A stretch of DNA of 64,000 nucleotides from the human T2T-CHM13v2.0 reference genome, Homo sapiens (GCF_009914755.1 NC_060930.1); one strand, 5' to 3'. Counted from the first letter of the stretch, positions 1 to 13,717 are shown. Notes: a model not told the origin generated them from the sequence alone. Numbers and translations: made by a program.

Positions 1-67
1 GCTTAACTATTTGTAAAGGAAAATTTCTTAGCATGAAGTAGGGAAAAAGACAATTTTAAAGCACAGC

Positions 68-646
68 AAAGTAGGCAGAGTGACCCCACGAAGATGTCTA
101 TACCCTAATCTCTGAAACATGTAAATATGTAAATTCCATGGCCAAAAGAGTACTGTAAATATAATTAAGGTTACAGACGTTAAAATAAAGAGATTATCCT
201 GGATTCTTCCCAGTGGGCACTATCTAGTCATACGAGCCCTTAAGAGCAAACAGAGATGCTGTAGAAGTCAGAGAAATTTCAACTGTGGGAGGAACCAACT
301 TGCCATTGTTGGAGGGGACCTCAGAGAAACATGCAAAGATACAAGGGCAGCTTTTAGGATCAGACTGGCCCTGATTGACCAGTACAGAAATCAATAATTC
401 AGTCCTATCAGAGCAAAGAATTTGAATTCTTCCAACAACAGGAATGAGCTTGGAAGTGGATCTTCCCCAGAGTTTTCAAGTAAGAGCCAAGACCAGCCGA
501 TAACTTGATTTCAGCCTGTGAGGCTGGTAGTTGAACCTTGCTGTGCCCAGACTTGTGACCCACAGAACTGTGAGATAATAAATGAGTGTTTTAAATTGTT
601 CACTGTTTGTGGTAATCTGTTATGGCAGCAATAGAAAATGAATACA
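68..646 (+). mobile_element. MLT1-family (ERVL-MaLR) solo LTR, MLT1D/E-like
   Basis: Typical MLT1 motifs 'gagattatcctggatt...gtgggc', 'cacagaactgtgagataataaat' and the 3' end 'gtggtaatctgttatggcagcaatagaaaatgaataca'. Confidence 0.8.
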
Positions 647-2679
647 TATAGTAAAAAAAGCAGACCTACTGAAATTTTTATGAAATTATGAAAACAGGCT
701 AGTGATTGCATATTTAAATAACGTGATATTAAATTGTATGTTGAAATAGCATGGAATCAAGGAATATTGACCTTGATTAAGACCCAAAACACAATGTTTC
801 ACAGAAAAGAACTTAACCAAGATAATGAATTTCACTTTGGATTTAAAAAGTCATTTATTTATACCATTCATTTTTTCTACATTTACATGTTTCTAACTGA
901 ATTTAAACAAAGAATGGATGGAAAAATATACCTGTATTTTTCAACAGTACAATGAGGTAAGATGGGTCAACAAGCATGAAATGATCTTTCAGCAAATATA
1001 TCAAGTTTTTAAATCCACTGAAATTTGTTAGATATCCATTAGGTAAATACAAAAAGGAAAAATAAAGATATCTCTGGAATACAGTCAAGGGAAAACCTGC
1101 TAATAGTAGAATGATGCTCTTTCATGGAACGCTTTTCCTATTGTACGTTATCAGCAAGAAATTCATTTTTAGCAATCCTTGAAATAACAAATGCGTGTGT
1201 TACTATGAGCTTAGTATTTTAAAATATACAACTTTTAGCTTTCTCACTCTTCCCCACAGGTGTTCATCTTTGTACTATAGGAAAAACACATAAAAATACA
1301 TACAAATTTGCTTAAATAATGAAATACTTGGCCATAATTATACATGCAGTGCAGTGTATCATGTAACACAGCAATTCTATTTCTAGAGTATGTAGATATA
1401 CATAAAAAATGCTAAACACATAATTTCACAACATTTCAATTTCTTGGCTTTGGAAAAACAGGGTGGCTAATAATATTAAGAATGATACATATGCAATTTT
1501 AGCTAAAAAAATAAGTACAGGAACTAAGGGTAATTGAACCTGTAGCAATTATGAGCTATTCTTTTGTGATAGACGTCTGTCAAATTATCTTTGGCTGGAG
1601 AGAAGCATGATCTGTAGTTAAAACCAACATAAATTTTCATTCTATAATAAGTATTTGAAAAAATCGGTGGAAGAGAAATGATGTTTTTTCAAAATTAAAT
1701 TATGTTATTTGCATTGCTATCTACTTAACATACCAATTAGGATAATGATTTTCAAAATGTAAAATATACAATATAGTAAGATATATAACAGAATGAATTT
1801 CTAAATAAATTCAAGAAACAGTTACTAAAAAGACAATTTGACTAAGAAATAAGGTTTGAAAGTTCTGGAAAAAAATATGATGTTGAGCTGAAAAAGTAGG
1901 AAAATAAAAGCATCCTGCATAGTGGCCCCAGTCAGGTATACATGTGAGTTAAATCAATATATCTTCAGTAGAGTAATAAAATACCTAATAAGAACTACAA
2001 AAGTCACCACTTCACAATTTGATCAACCAAGAATCATTCTGTTCTTTAAGGCAGCGATTGTAAAAATGATCTGACAATACATCTTTCTGAGAATAAAGTT
2101 TTCTTCTTTTTTATCACCAGGTAATTGGAAACCAATTGTTTGGACATTTAATTAATTATTATAGGAGTTAGCACTTCTCAGAAAAATCTATAAGTAAAAG
2201 GCTTTAAGGGGCATCAGTTTGTGGAGAAGAGCTACTGTTGGTCATTGTTGCTAAACACATACTAGGACTCCTCCTAATCTCTGCTAAAGTACTGACTAAA
2301 ATGTCAACTGTTGAAAGGTTAATGTGTAACACCTCATAAATTTTTATTTTAATAGAATTTCTCTTAATGTGAAAAAGATAAAATTTTGAACACAGTAGGT
2401 ATAAATTAGGCAAATTCCCCAAACTGGCTGTCCTATTCATACCAGTCTTACAAAAGAATAACTCAATAATGACCTAACATGACAATTCAGAATGGTTAAG
2501 GAGTTCCTGATAGTAAGACACACATTATCTATCTTTTCAATCAACAAGTAATACTATCTTTTTACTGGTTTAGTTCTATTCAACAAGTATTTGTTTGGCA
2601 TTTACTATATGCAAGGCATTGTGGATTTTTATAGTTCCTTAGAATTTGCAACATTAGATAGATAGACAGATGGATTTCT

Positions 2680-2790
2680 TCCCTTCTAAAACCCTATGAG
2701 GTAAATACTGCTTTTCTTGCTGTTTTTTTTTGTTGTTGTTGTGTGTGTGTGTGTGAAGAAGCTGAGCCTTAAAAATTAAGTAGCATCATC
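2680..2790 (-). mobile_element. MIR fragment with an embedded short (GT)n
   Basis: 'aaccctatgaggtaaatactg...gaagaagctgagcc...aattaagt' resembles the antisense MIR core. Confidence 0.4.
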
Positions 2791-2917
2791 TCAGAGTCAT
2801 ATTTTTTATTTAATTCACGTTTTAAAGCCCTAATTCCCAACTTTTTTTCAATATACTGCAAAATTCTAGGCTCTGACACTTCCTGAGAGCAGAAACTAGC
2901 AAGAGGAAAGCTAAGCA

Positions 2918-3000
2918 GTCATTCACTCATTTAATATTTACTGAGAATCCATGATGTGCCAGGACATTAGGTTTTGAGAATATAAGGATCAAAAGACCCA
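2918..3000 (-). mobile_element. L2 3' end fragment
   Basis: 'tcattcactcatttaatatttactgagaatccatgatgtgccaggaca' matches the reverse complement of the L2 3' terminus. Confidence 0.55.
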
Positions 3001-3659
3001 TAGGGATCTGCTCAGTAGGCAGTAGCAGTCTCAGAAGCTGCAGATACTAGAAGAGATTAAGCTGAGCAGAGATTTTTTAAATGGAAAATGTGTGTATATG
3101 CGACAAAATTCAAAAATACTAAAGCGTGAAAACTGACACTCCCTCCCAACCTGTCCCCATGTAACTAAGGTACTTTTCCCTGAAGCAACCACTCTTAGCA
3201 ATTTATTTGGTATCCTTCCAGAAATTGTCTAGGTAAACACAAATATGTGCATGTTTTACATGAATGATATTTTTTGATTTATGCTGTATTTTATAACATA
3301 TCATTTAACACATATAGATCTGCATCACTCTTTTATCAGCTCTGTTGTATTCCATTATACATATGCACCATGATTTATTTGACCAGACACTTATCAATAA
3401 GCATGGTCCTTTCCCACCTCTTTTTCTTACTAATTATGATCCAATGAAACTGCTGGCAAACTGGTATCTAATTAATTAATCCTATAAGAAGAGTAAAATA
3501 TTTCAAAGTGGTCTAGTGCCCACAGGTGAAAAGAGGTAGGCAAAGTTACATGGACTGAATAGGCAAAATGTGGCAATTGTTAAAACTCCTTTAGAGGTTT
3601 TGCTTTAGAAAAGAAAATGAGCAATTTATTTGGTTATTATTATTTAAAATATTCTAGAG

Positions 3660-3906
3660 CAGTGCCACTCAAAGTGCAGGCTGGCTACTCAAAACACAGC
3701 TGCAAGTTGTTGGTGTGTGAGAGGAACTTGTGTCAGATGTACATCAACTACATCAGTAAGCACTTTTTTGTAGCTCAGCTGACGTTTTTTTCTTAGTAAG
3801 ATTTCTTGATGAAAGAAGCATTTCTTTTTCTTTGCAGCTTCCTTGATCATTTTCTTTCTGGTGCTAGCTACTTATCTGTCATATGCTGGCATTTTGAGTA
3901 GCACTG
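3660..3906. mobile_element. Non-autonomous hAT-Charlie DNA transposon (MER-type MITE)
   Basis: Terminal inverted repeats cagtgccactcaaa (3660) and tttgagtagcactg (ends 3906); left flank ttctagag fits the Charlie NTCTAGAN target preference. Confidence 0.7.
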
Positions 3907-4597
3907 ACTTTTAAAAGTACGCTAGCATTAGTCTTAAATACCCTTCACTGTAACACTAAAATGCCCAAAAGGTATGATTACTATAACATTTTTACTGATT
4001 TCTGATGAAAACTCCTTTCGTTCATACCTTCAACATATAATTTCTCATGACTGATTATAGTATAAAGAGTTGTATGAATTGCAAAGATGATGATGTCTCA
4101 GTTACTACCTTCCAGGAGATTTAAATCCAGAAAACAAGTTAGAACATGAATGCTCACAAACAATCTAAATGCAAAACTAAATATCCTAACATAGATGAAA
4201 TATAAATCAAGTGCCAACATATTCCTGGGAGACAGTAAAGAGCAAAACACACAGAATATTTTCCTGTTGTCAACCCCATTTGTAATTCAGCATTTGGTTG
4301 GTATATAGCCATGCACTTAAACAGCTTATCAAGACTGTTGGCATCATATCTATAATCTGCAAGTGATAACTTTATATCAATTAGATAATAACAAACTCAG
4401 TTTCAAGATTGGGCACACATTTTTCTGTCTAGTGGCCTCCACCAATAACCAACAACTCCTTGAATCATTCTTCCTCTGCTTCAACTAATACAGATTTCAT
4501 TTTCTGTTGATAGTTGAGTGGCTACACAATGTGTCATTCAATTATGTTATACCTGTCTATCTCCTCAGCTATTCTGATGCTCCTTAAAGGTAGAAAA

Positions 4598-4850
4598 CTT
4601 AGAGAAGCAGTAGAGTATAGGAATGAAGAGCATGGGCCAGAAAGCTAGTCCGTGGCTTATTTGCTGTGTGACCTTGAGCAGAAAATTGAACCTCTCTGTG
4701 TCTCAGTTTTCTCAGCTTTAAAATAAGGATAATCAGAATACTTACATCATAAATAGAATTGTTATGGAAATTAAATATATAAATAAATGTTAAATATTTA
4801 AAATCATTCCTAGCATGTGGTAAGAATTCCAAAAAAAAAGTATTATTATT
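4598..4850 (+). mobile_element. MIR SINE
   Basis: Core 'gctgtgtgaccttgagca...aacctctctgtgtctcagttttctc...aaaataaggataat' and a tail ending 'tattattatt'. Confidence 0.8.
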
Positions 4851-4874
4851 CTATTATGACTTTGTTTTTATTAA

Positions 4875-4995
4875 AATTACTGATACCTGGGACACCTTCC
4901 AGAATACTCTGATTCTAAGATCAGATTCAGGCCTTCGTATTTTTCAAAAACTCCATAGATAAAGCTGACGGACAGCTGAGTTTGAGAATAATTCC
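4875..4995. mobile_element. MER5-like hAT-Charlie fragment
   Basis: 'tactgatacctggg...ctctgattc...tatttttcaaaaactcc...agtttgagaat' resembles MER5. Confidence 0.4.
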
Positions 4996-6480
4996 TTTAA
5001 ATCTTTTGCAGGAACATAAATTGCTATTCTAAGGTGGGATACCAGCACTCTCCATAATAAATGCTGGCAATGTTAGATTTTTGAAATCACATTGATAATT
5101 TTTATAAAATAGCTATTTCAGTAAATAATCCATTTGTATAATTTATACTGTTTTATATGCATGAGCTAGCTAGAAAAGTACATCATCAATGTTAAGTCAC
5201 TTAGAAGGGATACATCATTGTAAGAAAATGAAATGACTACCAAAATGAGACGAAGACCAACAACACACACTCTTTTCAAAATGTTATAAAATATATTGAG
5301 AAAGAGAAATACACGGATGAAGTAACTTCTATTTTGATTGGTGAGGAAACTAATACTTTGAATGATTTGTTTTAAACTACTTTCGTACTTTTACAGTCAG
5401 TAAACTGGCTCCATCTTTAATTTTCCATGAATTCATAGCCAAAGGGTACTTCACAAGGTCAACTATATAACTGTGGCTTTGCTTTAATGACAAAATAATC
5501 ATAGAAATGATTTATCAGGAAGTATGGGACAGCTATGGCCTACAACCAGACTCCTTTAACAATAAACCTTTAAGTAGAATATGTGTATACATGTCTACGC
5601 ACACACACAAACACACACATACATTAGTTAATGACCTCCCTTGCAGGTCATCAGAGTAACATTTTCAGTTGTGCACATTTTCTTTGACCTCAGAACTTTT
5701 TTTTAAATAAAGAGAGAAATAATAGTATTCCAATCTCAAAAATATTATAATGCCAGTTGACAATTTTTGACATGATAACATAGTCTAAATGTCATACTAT
5801 GGGTATCTTTAAATTTCCATAGCTATATTTAAATTCTTTACAATATGGATTTCTGTATTACACAGGTAAATTATATTTTAAATTTGATGTACAATAACTG
5901 TATTTCCTTACAACATGCACATCAGTATAATCCTTCATTTAGATAAGGTAAATTTATATATTATATATTTCATAAAATGTACAAATAATTTTATGTAATA
6001 TATACAATTTTACATATATATGTCACTATGTGCTTAAGTAAGCTTATTAGTTCCTCTTCCAAAGTATGTGCACAATGTTTATAACGTTGTCATGTACATA
6101 ATAATACTCTGGAAATTCATAGATTTGGTTTACTTTTAAGAAACAGTAAATCATGTATTTAAACAATATATAATTTGTTTATTAAGAACAGGGTCCATGA
6201 GAAGGAAACTGAAGAAAAAGGGAATATGAGATTTGTCTTTAAGGCAGATATTACACATTCTGTTAATCATACACATTCATAATAAATCCTATTTATCCAT
6301 TTAAATAAAACTTCCATTACGGAACACTGAGTGCTTAATAGGTGACTACACTGTTTATAATTTCCCAAATACTTTTCCATCACACCAGCATTTTTCATTA
6401 TTGTGAACACAATGAATGGATTACAACCGAAGTTTTAAAAAATAAATTAGAATAAAAATTGAGTTCACTGCAGATAGTAA

Positions 6481-7827
6481 TGAGAGGTGACAGCATGCTG
6501 GCAGCCCTCGCAGCCCTCACTCACTCTTGGCGCCTCCTCGGCCTTGGCGCCTACTCTGGCCACACTTGAGGAGCCCTTCGACCTGCGGCTGCACTGTGGG
6601 AGCCCCTTTTTGGGCTGGCCAAGGCTGGAGCCGGCTCCTTCAGCTTGCGGGGAGGTGTGGAGGGAGAGGGGCAGGCAGGAGCTGGGGCTGCGCACAGCGC
6701 TTGCGGGCCAGCGCGAGTTCCCGGTGGGCGTGGGCTCGGCGGGCCCCTCACTCAGAGCCGCGGGACCTGCCAGCCCCGAGCAGTGAGGGGCTTAGCACCT
6801 GGGCCAGCAGCTGCTGTGGTCGATTTCTCCCCCGGCCTTAGCTGCCTCCCTGCAGGGCAGGGCTCAGGACCTGCACCCTGCCATGCCTGAGCCTCCTCCG
6901 TCCCCCTCCCCATGGGTTCCTGCATGGCCAGAGCCTCCCCGAGGAGCGCTGCCCCCTTCTCCACCGTGCCTAGTCCCATCGACCACCCAAGGGCTGAGGA
7001 GTGCAGGCGCAGGGCGCGGGACTGGCAGGCAGCTCCACCTGCGGCCCCGGTGCGGGATCCATTGGGTGAAGCCAGCTGGGCTCCTGAGTCTAGTGGGGAC
7101 TTGGAGAACCTTTATGTCTAGCTAAGGGATTGTGAATGCACCAATCGGCACTCTGTATCTAGCTCAAGGTTTGTAAATACACCAATCAGCACTCTGTGTC
7201 TAGCTCAGGGTTTGTAAATACACCAATTGACACTCTGTATCTAGCTAATCTAGTGGGGACATGGAGAACTTTTGTGTCTAGCTCAGGGATTGTAAACACA
7301 CCAATCAGCACCCTGTCAAAACAGACCAATCAGCTCTCTGTAAAACAGACCAATCAGCAGGATGTGGGTGGGGCCAGATAAGAGAATAAAAGCAGGCTGC
7401 CCGAGCCAGCAGTGGCAATCCTCTCAGGTCCCCTTCCACACTGTGGAAGCTTTTTCACTCTTTGTGATAAATCTTGCTGCTGCTCACTCTTTTGGGTCCA
7501 CATTGCCTTTATGAGCTGTAACAATCAATGCGAAGGTCTGCAGCTTCACTCCTGAAGCCAGCAAGACCACGAACCCACCAGAAGGAACGAACAACTCCAG
7601 ACGCACTGCCTTAAGAGCTGTAACACTCACCGCGAAGGTCTGCAGCTTCACTCCCGAAGCCAGCGAGACCAGGAGCCCACCAGAAGGAAGAAACTCCAAA
7701 CACATCCGAATATCAGAAGAAACAAACTCTGGACACGCCACCTTTAAAAACTGTAACACTCACCACGAGGGTCCGCGGCTTCATTCTTGAAGTCAGTGAG
7801 ACCAAGAACCCCCCAATTCCGGACACA
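6481..7827 (+). mobile_element. Solo LTR12 (HERV9/ERV9 LTR, LTR12C/D-like), full length, 1347 bp
   Basis: Starts TGAGAGGTGACAGC and ends ccaattccggacaCA; 4-bp TSD gtaa at 6477-6480 and 7828-7831; GC-rich U3, ~41-bp CCAAT repeats, and U5 'gaaggtctgcagcttcactcc' repeats. Confidence 0.96.
7117..7392 (+). promoter_or_regulatory. LTR12 U3 enhancer/promoter: tandem 'tctagct...ccaatc' repeats, GATA site and AATAAA TATA-like box
   Basis: CCAAT at 7141, 7182, 7223, 7301, 7326 and 7350; 'agataag' near 7377; aataaa at 7385-7390; this is the established ERV9 LTR architecture. Confidence 0.75.
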
Positions 7828-8404
7828 GTAATATAGTTTCACAGAACCTTTGCTTCACATGTTTATGTGCATATGGATCAAGGAAAATAAAGATATATAA
7901 TATGCATCTACTAATTACTATAAATACAATTTAAAGTTTTGGAAATCACTATATTACATAAAATATAATTGAAGGTATGCCTATTCTTAAAGTGATATTC
8001 ATTTAAGCTGATAAAATACAAAACATAATTCATACAGCAAAAATGCTTGATAGTTCCATATTATACCATTAATTTACTCCATCCCAAAGTTCTCAATAAT
8101 GGTTGAAGAGAATGATCAATTTCATTATATTTTGGCTGCTATCAGTACCATAGTTGTTTCTATTTTATTCTATCTTTTTATTTTATTTCTCTCCTTTTTT
8201 CCTGCTATATTTTTTGACTGTATGTTTTCCAGGCCTAAAACCCATATATATCAAACATAAATTGACTTTCTTAAACATGATTTAACAATGTTAGTTTTTG
8301 CAGAATTCTTCCTCGTTAGTGGCTTTGCTCATTTATTTTTTTTTTTCAAAATCATCATTCTGGTGTTCCTCAGAGTGATGATCTGTAAAGTGGATTATCC
8401 TACA

Positions 8405-8500
8405 AGGGGAAGAAGAAAAGAAACAGGAAAGAAAGGAGAAAGAAAAGAATAAGAAAGATCAGCAGCAGCAGGGGGAGAAGGAAGTGAAAAGGAAGGAAAA
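8405..8500. repeat. Purine-rich (GA) low-complexity tract
   Basis: Almost entirely A/G on the + strand. Confidence 0.7.
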
Positions 8501-8535
8501 TGAATGTGGCTTGAGACTCATTAATACTACCTCAT

Positions 8536-9019
8536 TTATAAAGATATATGCACACATATGTTTATTGTGGCACTGTCCACAGTAGCAAAGTCATGGAACC
8601 AACCCAAATGCCAATCAACATCAATGACAGACTGGATAAAGAAAATGTGCTAAATATACACAATGGAATACTATGAAGCCATAAAAAAGGATAGGTTCAT
8701 GTCCTTTGCAGGGACATGGATGACACTGGAAACCATCATTCTCAGAAAACTAACACAAGAACAGAAACCCAAACACCTCATGTTCTCACTCGTAAGTGGG
8801 AGTTGAACAATGAGAACACATGGACACAGGGAGGGGAACATCACACACCAGGGCCTGTTGGGGGGTGGGGGGCTAGGGGAGGGATAGCATTAGGAGAAAT
8901 ACGTAATGTAGATGATGGGTTGATGGGTGCAGCAAACCACCATGGCGTGTGTATACCTATGTAACAAACCTGCACATTCTGCACATGTATCCCAGAACTT
9001 AAAGTATAATTAAAAAAAA
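8536..9019 (+). mobile_element. L1PA (about L1PA6-8) 3' fragment: end of ORF2, 3'UTR and polyA
   Basis: 'ggataaagaaaatgtg...atggaatactatg...gggagttgaacaatgagaacacatggacacagggagggg...cccagaacttaaagtataat' followed by an A-tail. Confidence 0.9.
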
Positions 9020-9874
9020 GTACAGTTAAAAAACTTACCATTTCAATTGCTCCAGGTACTCTGAATACATTGTATCTCAAAAGTGCATAAACTTAAGAAA
9101 TTCATATTGCTTAATAAGTTCTCAATATTAGTCAAGATTTACCACTTTATTGCAAGAATCTGTTACAAACTGAGCACTTAAGTTTAATATTTTCTGCTAA
9201 ATACATTTTGATTAGCTTTGCAACTTCTATTTTAAAGTTGTTGTTTTACAAAGCAGCATTAATTTACTATATAATATTTTAGTACCAAGAGAAAATTAAC
9301 GCAGCTAATTAATACCCAAGAATCACTGCACTGGGAAGATCTGGCTTATAATGAATAGTTATACAGAGTGAGAGTTACCATTTTATGAATAAGTTTGGCT
9401 CCAAAAGTTAATTTGTAATTTCATTGTTTGTAATTTGGAGTTAACACAGAAGTAATATCAGAAATAGCAGATTGCTAGGCCAGCCAACAAACATGTATTT
9501 GACCCAGAATGTTCTTAAACTATTGTAAATTTGCACAGATAAGAAATCGAAAACAATTCTGTTTTAATATTATTAACTATGCAAAAGAGAAAAACCAAGA
9601 CAAAGAATAAAATGTGTTTGCTATTTCTACTGATGCAGTTGCTTCAATTACAGGAATGAAGATCTCCCTGAATTCTCCCCATATTCTGATATCTCTTAGC
9701 CAAGGACAGAAACTTTTGCTTGTTGTCTGCCTGTCTCCTTCTCTTGCCACATATGATGTTCCGGCTTTATTCCTAAATAATCTCCAGCCAGCAAGAAATA
9801 ACGAACTCAAAAACTAACTAGGATATAAATATAAAGTAGATGATGTACTGACTTTCATCTTTTTTCAGTTAGAG

Positions 9875-10089
9875 CTGGGGTCTGTGGCCCATGGGCCATA
9901 TCTGGCTAGCCACTTGTTTTTGTAAATAAGGTTTCATTGGAACACAGCGGCACCCTTTTTTACATATTCCCTCTGGCTGCTTCTGTGCCAAAATGTGAGT
10001 GCTGGGGAATTCTAACACAGAAAACATGGCCTGCAGGATGTGAAATATTTATTACCTGGCCCTTTTCAGAAAAAGTTTGCCTTTCTCTG
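9875..10089 (+). mobile_element. MER58A (hAT-Charlie MITE)
   Basis: 'ttttgtaaataaggtttcattggaacacagc...tatttattacctggcccttttcagaaaaagtttgc'; 8-bp TSD agttagag / agttacag. Confidence 0.85.
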
Positions 10090-10159
10090 AGTTACAGTCT
10101 GTTTGGCTTCAAGTAAGAAAACTCAAAAAACTAGTAATTTGATTGTTGTTGTTTTTCCT

Positions 10160-10204
10160 TACACACACACACACACACACACCCTACACACACACCCCCA
10201 CACA
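10160..10204. repeat. (CA)n microsatellite, interrupted
   Basis: acacacacac run visible directly. Confidence 0.9.
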
Positions 10205-10229
10205 AATGTATTCTACAGATGGGCATCTA

Positions 10230-10534
10230 TGTTTTATTCAGTTGTTCAAGGCTATACAGATGATTCTCATGGCCTTTCCCTCTTGGCTGTTGCTGCTACC
10301 ACACCTATGACATCTATATTGCGGCATGGAGAAGGAATAAGCAATGCGAATGCTCAGCACCTGAATTAGGAAAGCCAAAGTTTCCAGTAAGCTATGGAAA
10401 TCTTCTGTTTGCATCTTATTCCCTAGGCTGGGAAATGGATTTTTAAAATGTAATCTGGCTGTACTGCTGCACTAAAAAATATGGTAAATAAGAAGAAAGA
10501 AGATATTAGGGAGAAAACTAGCAGTGTCTGTCAC
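10230..10534 (-). mobile_element. Old MLT1J/K/L-like LTR fragment
   Basis: Right end 'gatattagggagaaaactagcagtgtctgtcac' resembles the reverse complement of the MLT1J-type 5' end; left boundary uncertain. Confidence 0.4.
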
Positions 10535-11543
10535 CTTCATCATCCCAATAGCAGAGGAGAGGGAGATCACACACTTAACTTGATTCTCCCTGCTCCCCAG
10601 TTAATTTCTTCTCTGAATATAGAACAGAAGAAACCAAAGGAATTGATTCAGATTTCCTAAGTGAAGGCACCAGATCATGGATAAAAATAATGTTTTTAAA
10701 CTGGGGCTTGGAAGACTATATATGATAGCATTAAACCTTCATTTGTCAGGTTTAAAAGGTAGCAGGTGAGAAAAATATTTTTTGCTTGTATCTGGGAGTT
10801 TTCAGGTGAAGCTTTTCCCTCCAGGACCAGACAGCTGTGGAGACCCTGAACAGGGCAAAGGTTGCGTCTGAAACAGTCACATCCGGTGATTTAAACATAT
10901 TTCCAGTGACAGAAGTCATTTACTAGATGGCATGTATAATATGTTAACTAGCATGAATATAGTACTTTTTAAAAGACTTTCAATAACATTTAATTTCTCT
11001 GTTTTATAATTGAGAAATATTTATTTGAAAAAGTCTCAAATTGATTCACAGTACTAACAAGGAATACTCCACCATGCATATTTTTGGCACTTAGTATATG
11101 CTAAATAAACGAATAATGGTGTGACACTACAAATTACCTTCACTCTTTTATATAAGCCAGTGTCTTCCTATCTATTGGATTCTTCCTGAAAGATTTTGTG
11201 TAAACTCTCCCATGAAAATAAAATTGTTTCTCAAGCCTATAACTCTTTCCACCTGCTGGGGAATCTCTTTTCTTCACTGTATAGCCAAATATGAAAAAAA
11301 TTGTCCATATTCTTTTTCTCCATTTCTCAACTCCTTTCATGTTTCAACCTTCTTTAGTCTGGCTTCGGTCCACCTCATTCCATTAAATGAGTTATTGATA
11401 AGGTTACTCACACTGAAGTGCTTTTCTCAATCCCTGCTTTTCTTGGACTCTCAGTAGCATTAATATTTTTAATCTCTCTGTCCTTTTCTCCTTGGCTTTT
11501 GTGGCACATTCTCTTCTAGTTTTTCTCCTGTCTGGTTGATTCT

Positions 11544-11780
11544 TTTTTTTTTTTTAACTTTTATTTTTAGTTCAAGGGTACCTGTGCAGGTATGTTATAT
11601 AGGTAAACTCGTGTCATGGGGGTTTGTTGTACAGATTATTTCATCACCAAGATATTAAGCCTAGTACCCATTAGTTATTTTTCCTGATCCTCTCCCTCCT
11701 TCCACCCTCCAACCTCCGAAATGCCCCAGTATGTGTTGTTCCCTCTGTGTGTCCATGTGTTCTCCTTATTTAGCTACCAC
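11544..11780 (-). mobile_element. L1PA15/16-like 3' end
   Basis: T-tract, then 'aacttttatttttagttcaagggtac...gtacagattatttcatcacc...ttcctgatcctctccctcct'. Confidence 0.85.
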
Positions 11781-11832
11781 TTTGTTTCCTTTGCAAACCC
11801 CTTCTCCTCAAGCAAGAGTCAAATTTCTTCAA

Positions 11833-12598
11833 GGCCATATGAAAAGATGTTCATCATTATTAGTTATTAGGAAAATACAGATTAAACCTACAGTAAGATA
11901 TCACTTGACACCCAACTAGAATGACTATAATTTTAAAAAATCTAGATAATAACATGTGTTGGCAAGAATTTGAAAATAGAATTCTTTATACGTTGTTGGT
12001 AGAAATGCAAAGTGGTGCAGCCACTATGTAAAAGCAGTTTTTTTTAAAGAGTTAAATATAAAGTTACCATATGACCTAGTAATTCCACTCTTAGTTATCT
12101 ACCCGCAAGAAATGAAAACACAGGTCCACACAAATATTTAAATGTGAATGTTCACAGCAATATTATTCATATAGCCCAAAAGTGGAAACAACATAAAGGT
12201 TCATAAACTAGCAAACAAATAAGGTAGAATACATACAAAGAAATAGAAGTGCTCAATACAAATGGATGGATAGGCTGTACAGTACAACATAGAAGTACCT
12301 CAAAAAATTAGGCTAGGTGAAAGAAGCCAGACGACATTGTATGATCCTGCTTATATGACATGTCTAGAACAGACAATTTTAGACACAAAGCAGTTTCGTG
12401 GTTGCCTAGGTCTAGGGGTGAGAATGGGAATACATGTAAATGGGCAGAAGGGATCTTATGGGGTTATGGAAATGTTCTAATACTGGATTGTGGTGATGCT
12501 TGCACAGCTCAGTACATTTATTAAAATCACTGAATTATACATTTGAACTGGGTGAATTTTATCATATGCAAATTATACTTAATAAAAACTGTTTAAAA
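11833..12598 (+). mobile_element. Old L1M (L1MB7/8-like) 3' fragment
   Basis: 'atatgaaaagatgttcatcattattag...ttaccatatgacctagtaattccactc...ggaaatgttctaatactggattgtggtgatg...ttatacttaataaa'. Confidence 0.75.
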
Positions 12599-12639
12599 TA
12601 CTTAATTTTGCATGACTTTTAGAATAAGAAACAAAATCA

Positions 12640-13060
12640 TTACCATGACTTACTGTCTGAGCCCCATGTATTTTTCCAGCCTCACCATGCATAAATCTTC
12701 CCTCATTTTGTGCACCTTATACTCTTTTCTGTTGCTTGGCTCTGCCCAGCTGCTTTTCACACCAAGTTGAGATATCATTCTGACTGTTCTTTTCTTAAAG
12801 TGACTTTCCTAACTTCTCTGAGTAAAATCCATCTCTTATGTGTTCTAGTGGAATTAGCAAATATCTTTTTATAACACTTTACAGCTGAAAATTGGCATGC
12901 GTTTGTATGATCATTTGATGACTATTTGTTTTCCCCACTAGACTGCAAGTACCATAAAGTGATGGGGAGGCCACATTTGGTTTTGCTAACCAATATGTTC
13001 CCATTATTTATCACAGCATGCAACTTTAGACATATATTAAATTCTGTTTAAATGAATGAA
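12640..13060 (+). mobile_element. L2 3' region
   Basis: 'ttccccactagactgcaagtaccat...' ending in 'tgtttaaatgaatgaat'. Confidence 0.6.
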
Positions 13061-13354
13061 TAACAACTATCAATTATCTAAAATTTCCCTCTTGGATAGG
13101 AAGCTTTTTTTCCCCCCATATAAGTTCTAGGTTATTTATTTGCTCAAGTACTAAAATATCTTATAAAACTTTGTAAAATTGTACACACACCTCAAGATCA
13201 CTTTATATTTTTAACTAGTGCTTGCAATGTATATTGCAATTCTCTAAGAGGGAAACATCATTAACTCTCAAATGACAGAGAAGCAAATTAGTGATACCAT
13301 GTATAGTTAGAATAACAACTTGAAAGTCAGCAATAATTTTTTTGATAATTTTTA

Positions 13355-13717
<363 letters not shown>

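Noticed and set aside
1232-1265. Strong + strand acceptor ttctcactcttccccacag
   Set aside because: No suitable downstream donor or open frame found
6465-7759. Cluster of overlapping 60-104 aa ORFs
   Set aside because: All lie within the GC-rich LTR12, where stop codons are scarce; they are typical LTR12-derived spurious ORFs
9033-9091. Strong - strand donor ATG|GTAAGT (similar donors at 29940 and 52625)
   Set aside because: No convincing paired acceptor or recognisable coding frame; isolated donor matches are expected by chance in 64 kb
10808-10866. GC-richer patch with acceptor-like sites (ttttcag, ccctccag)
   Set aside because: The donor (AAG|GTTGCG) is weak and the peptides are unrecognised
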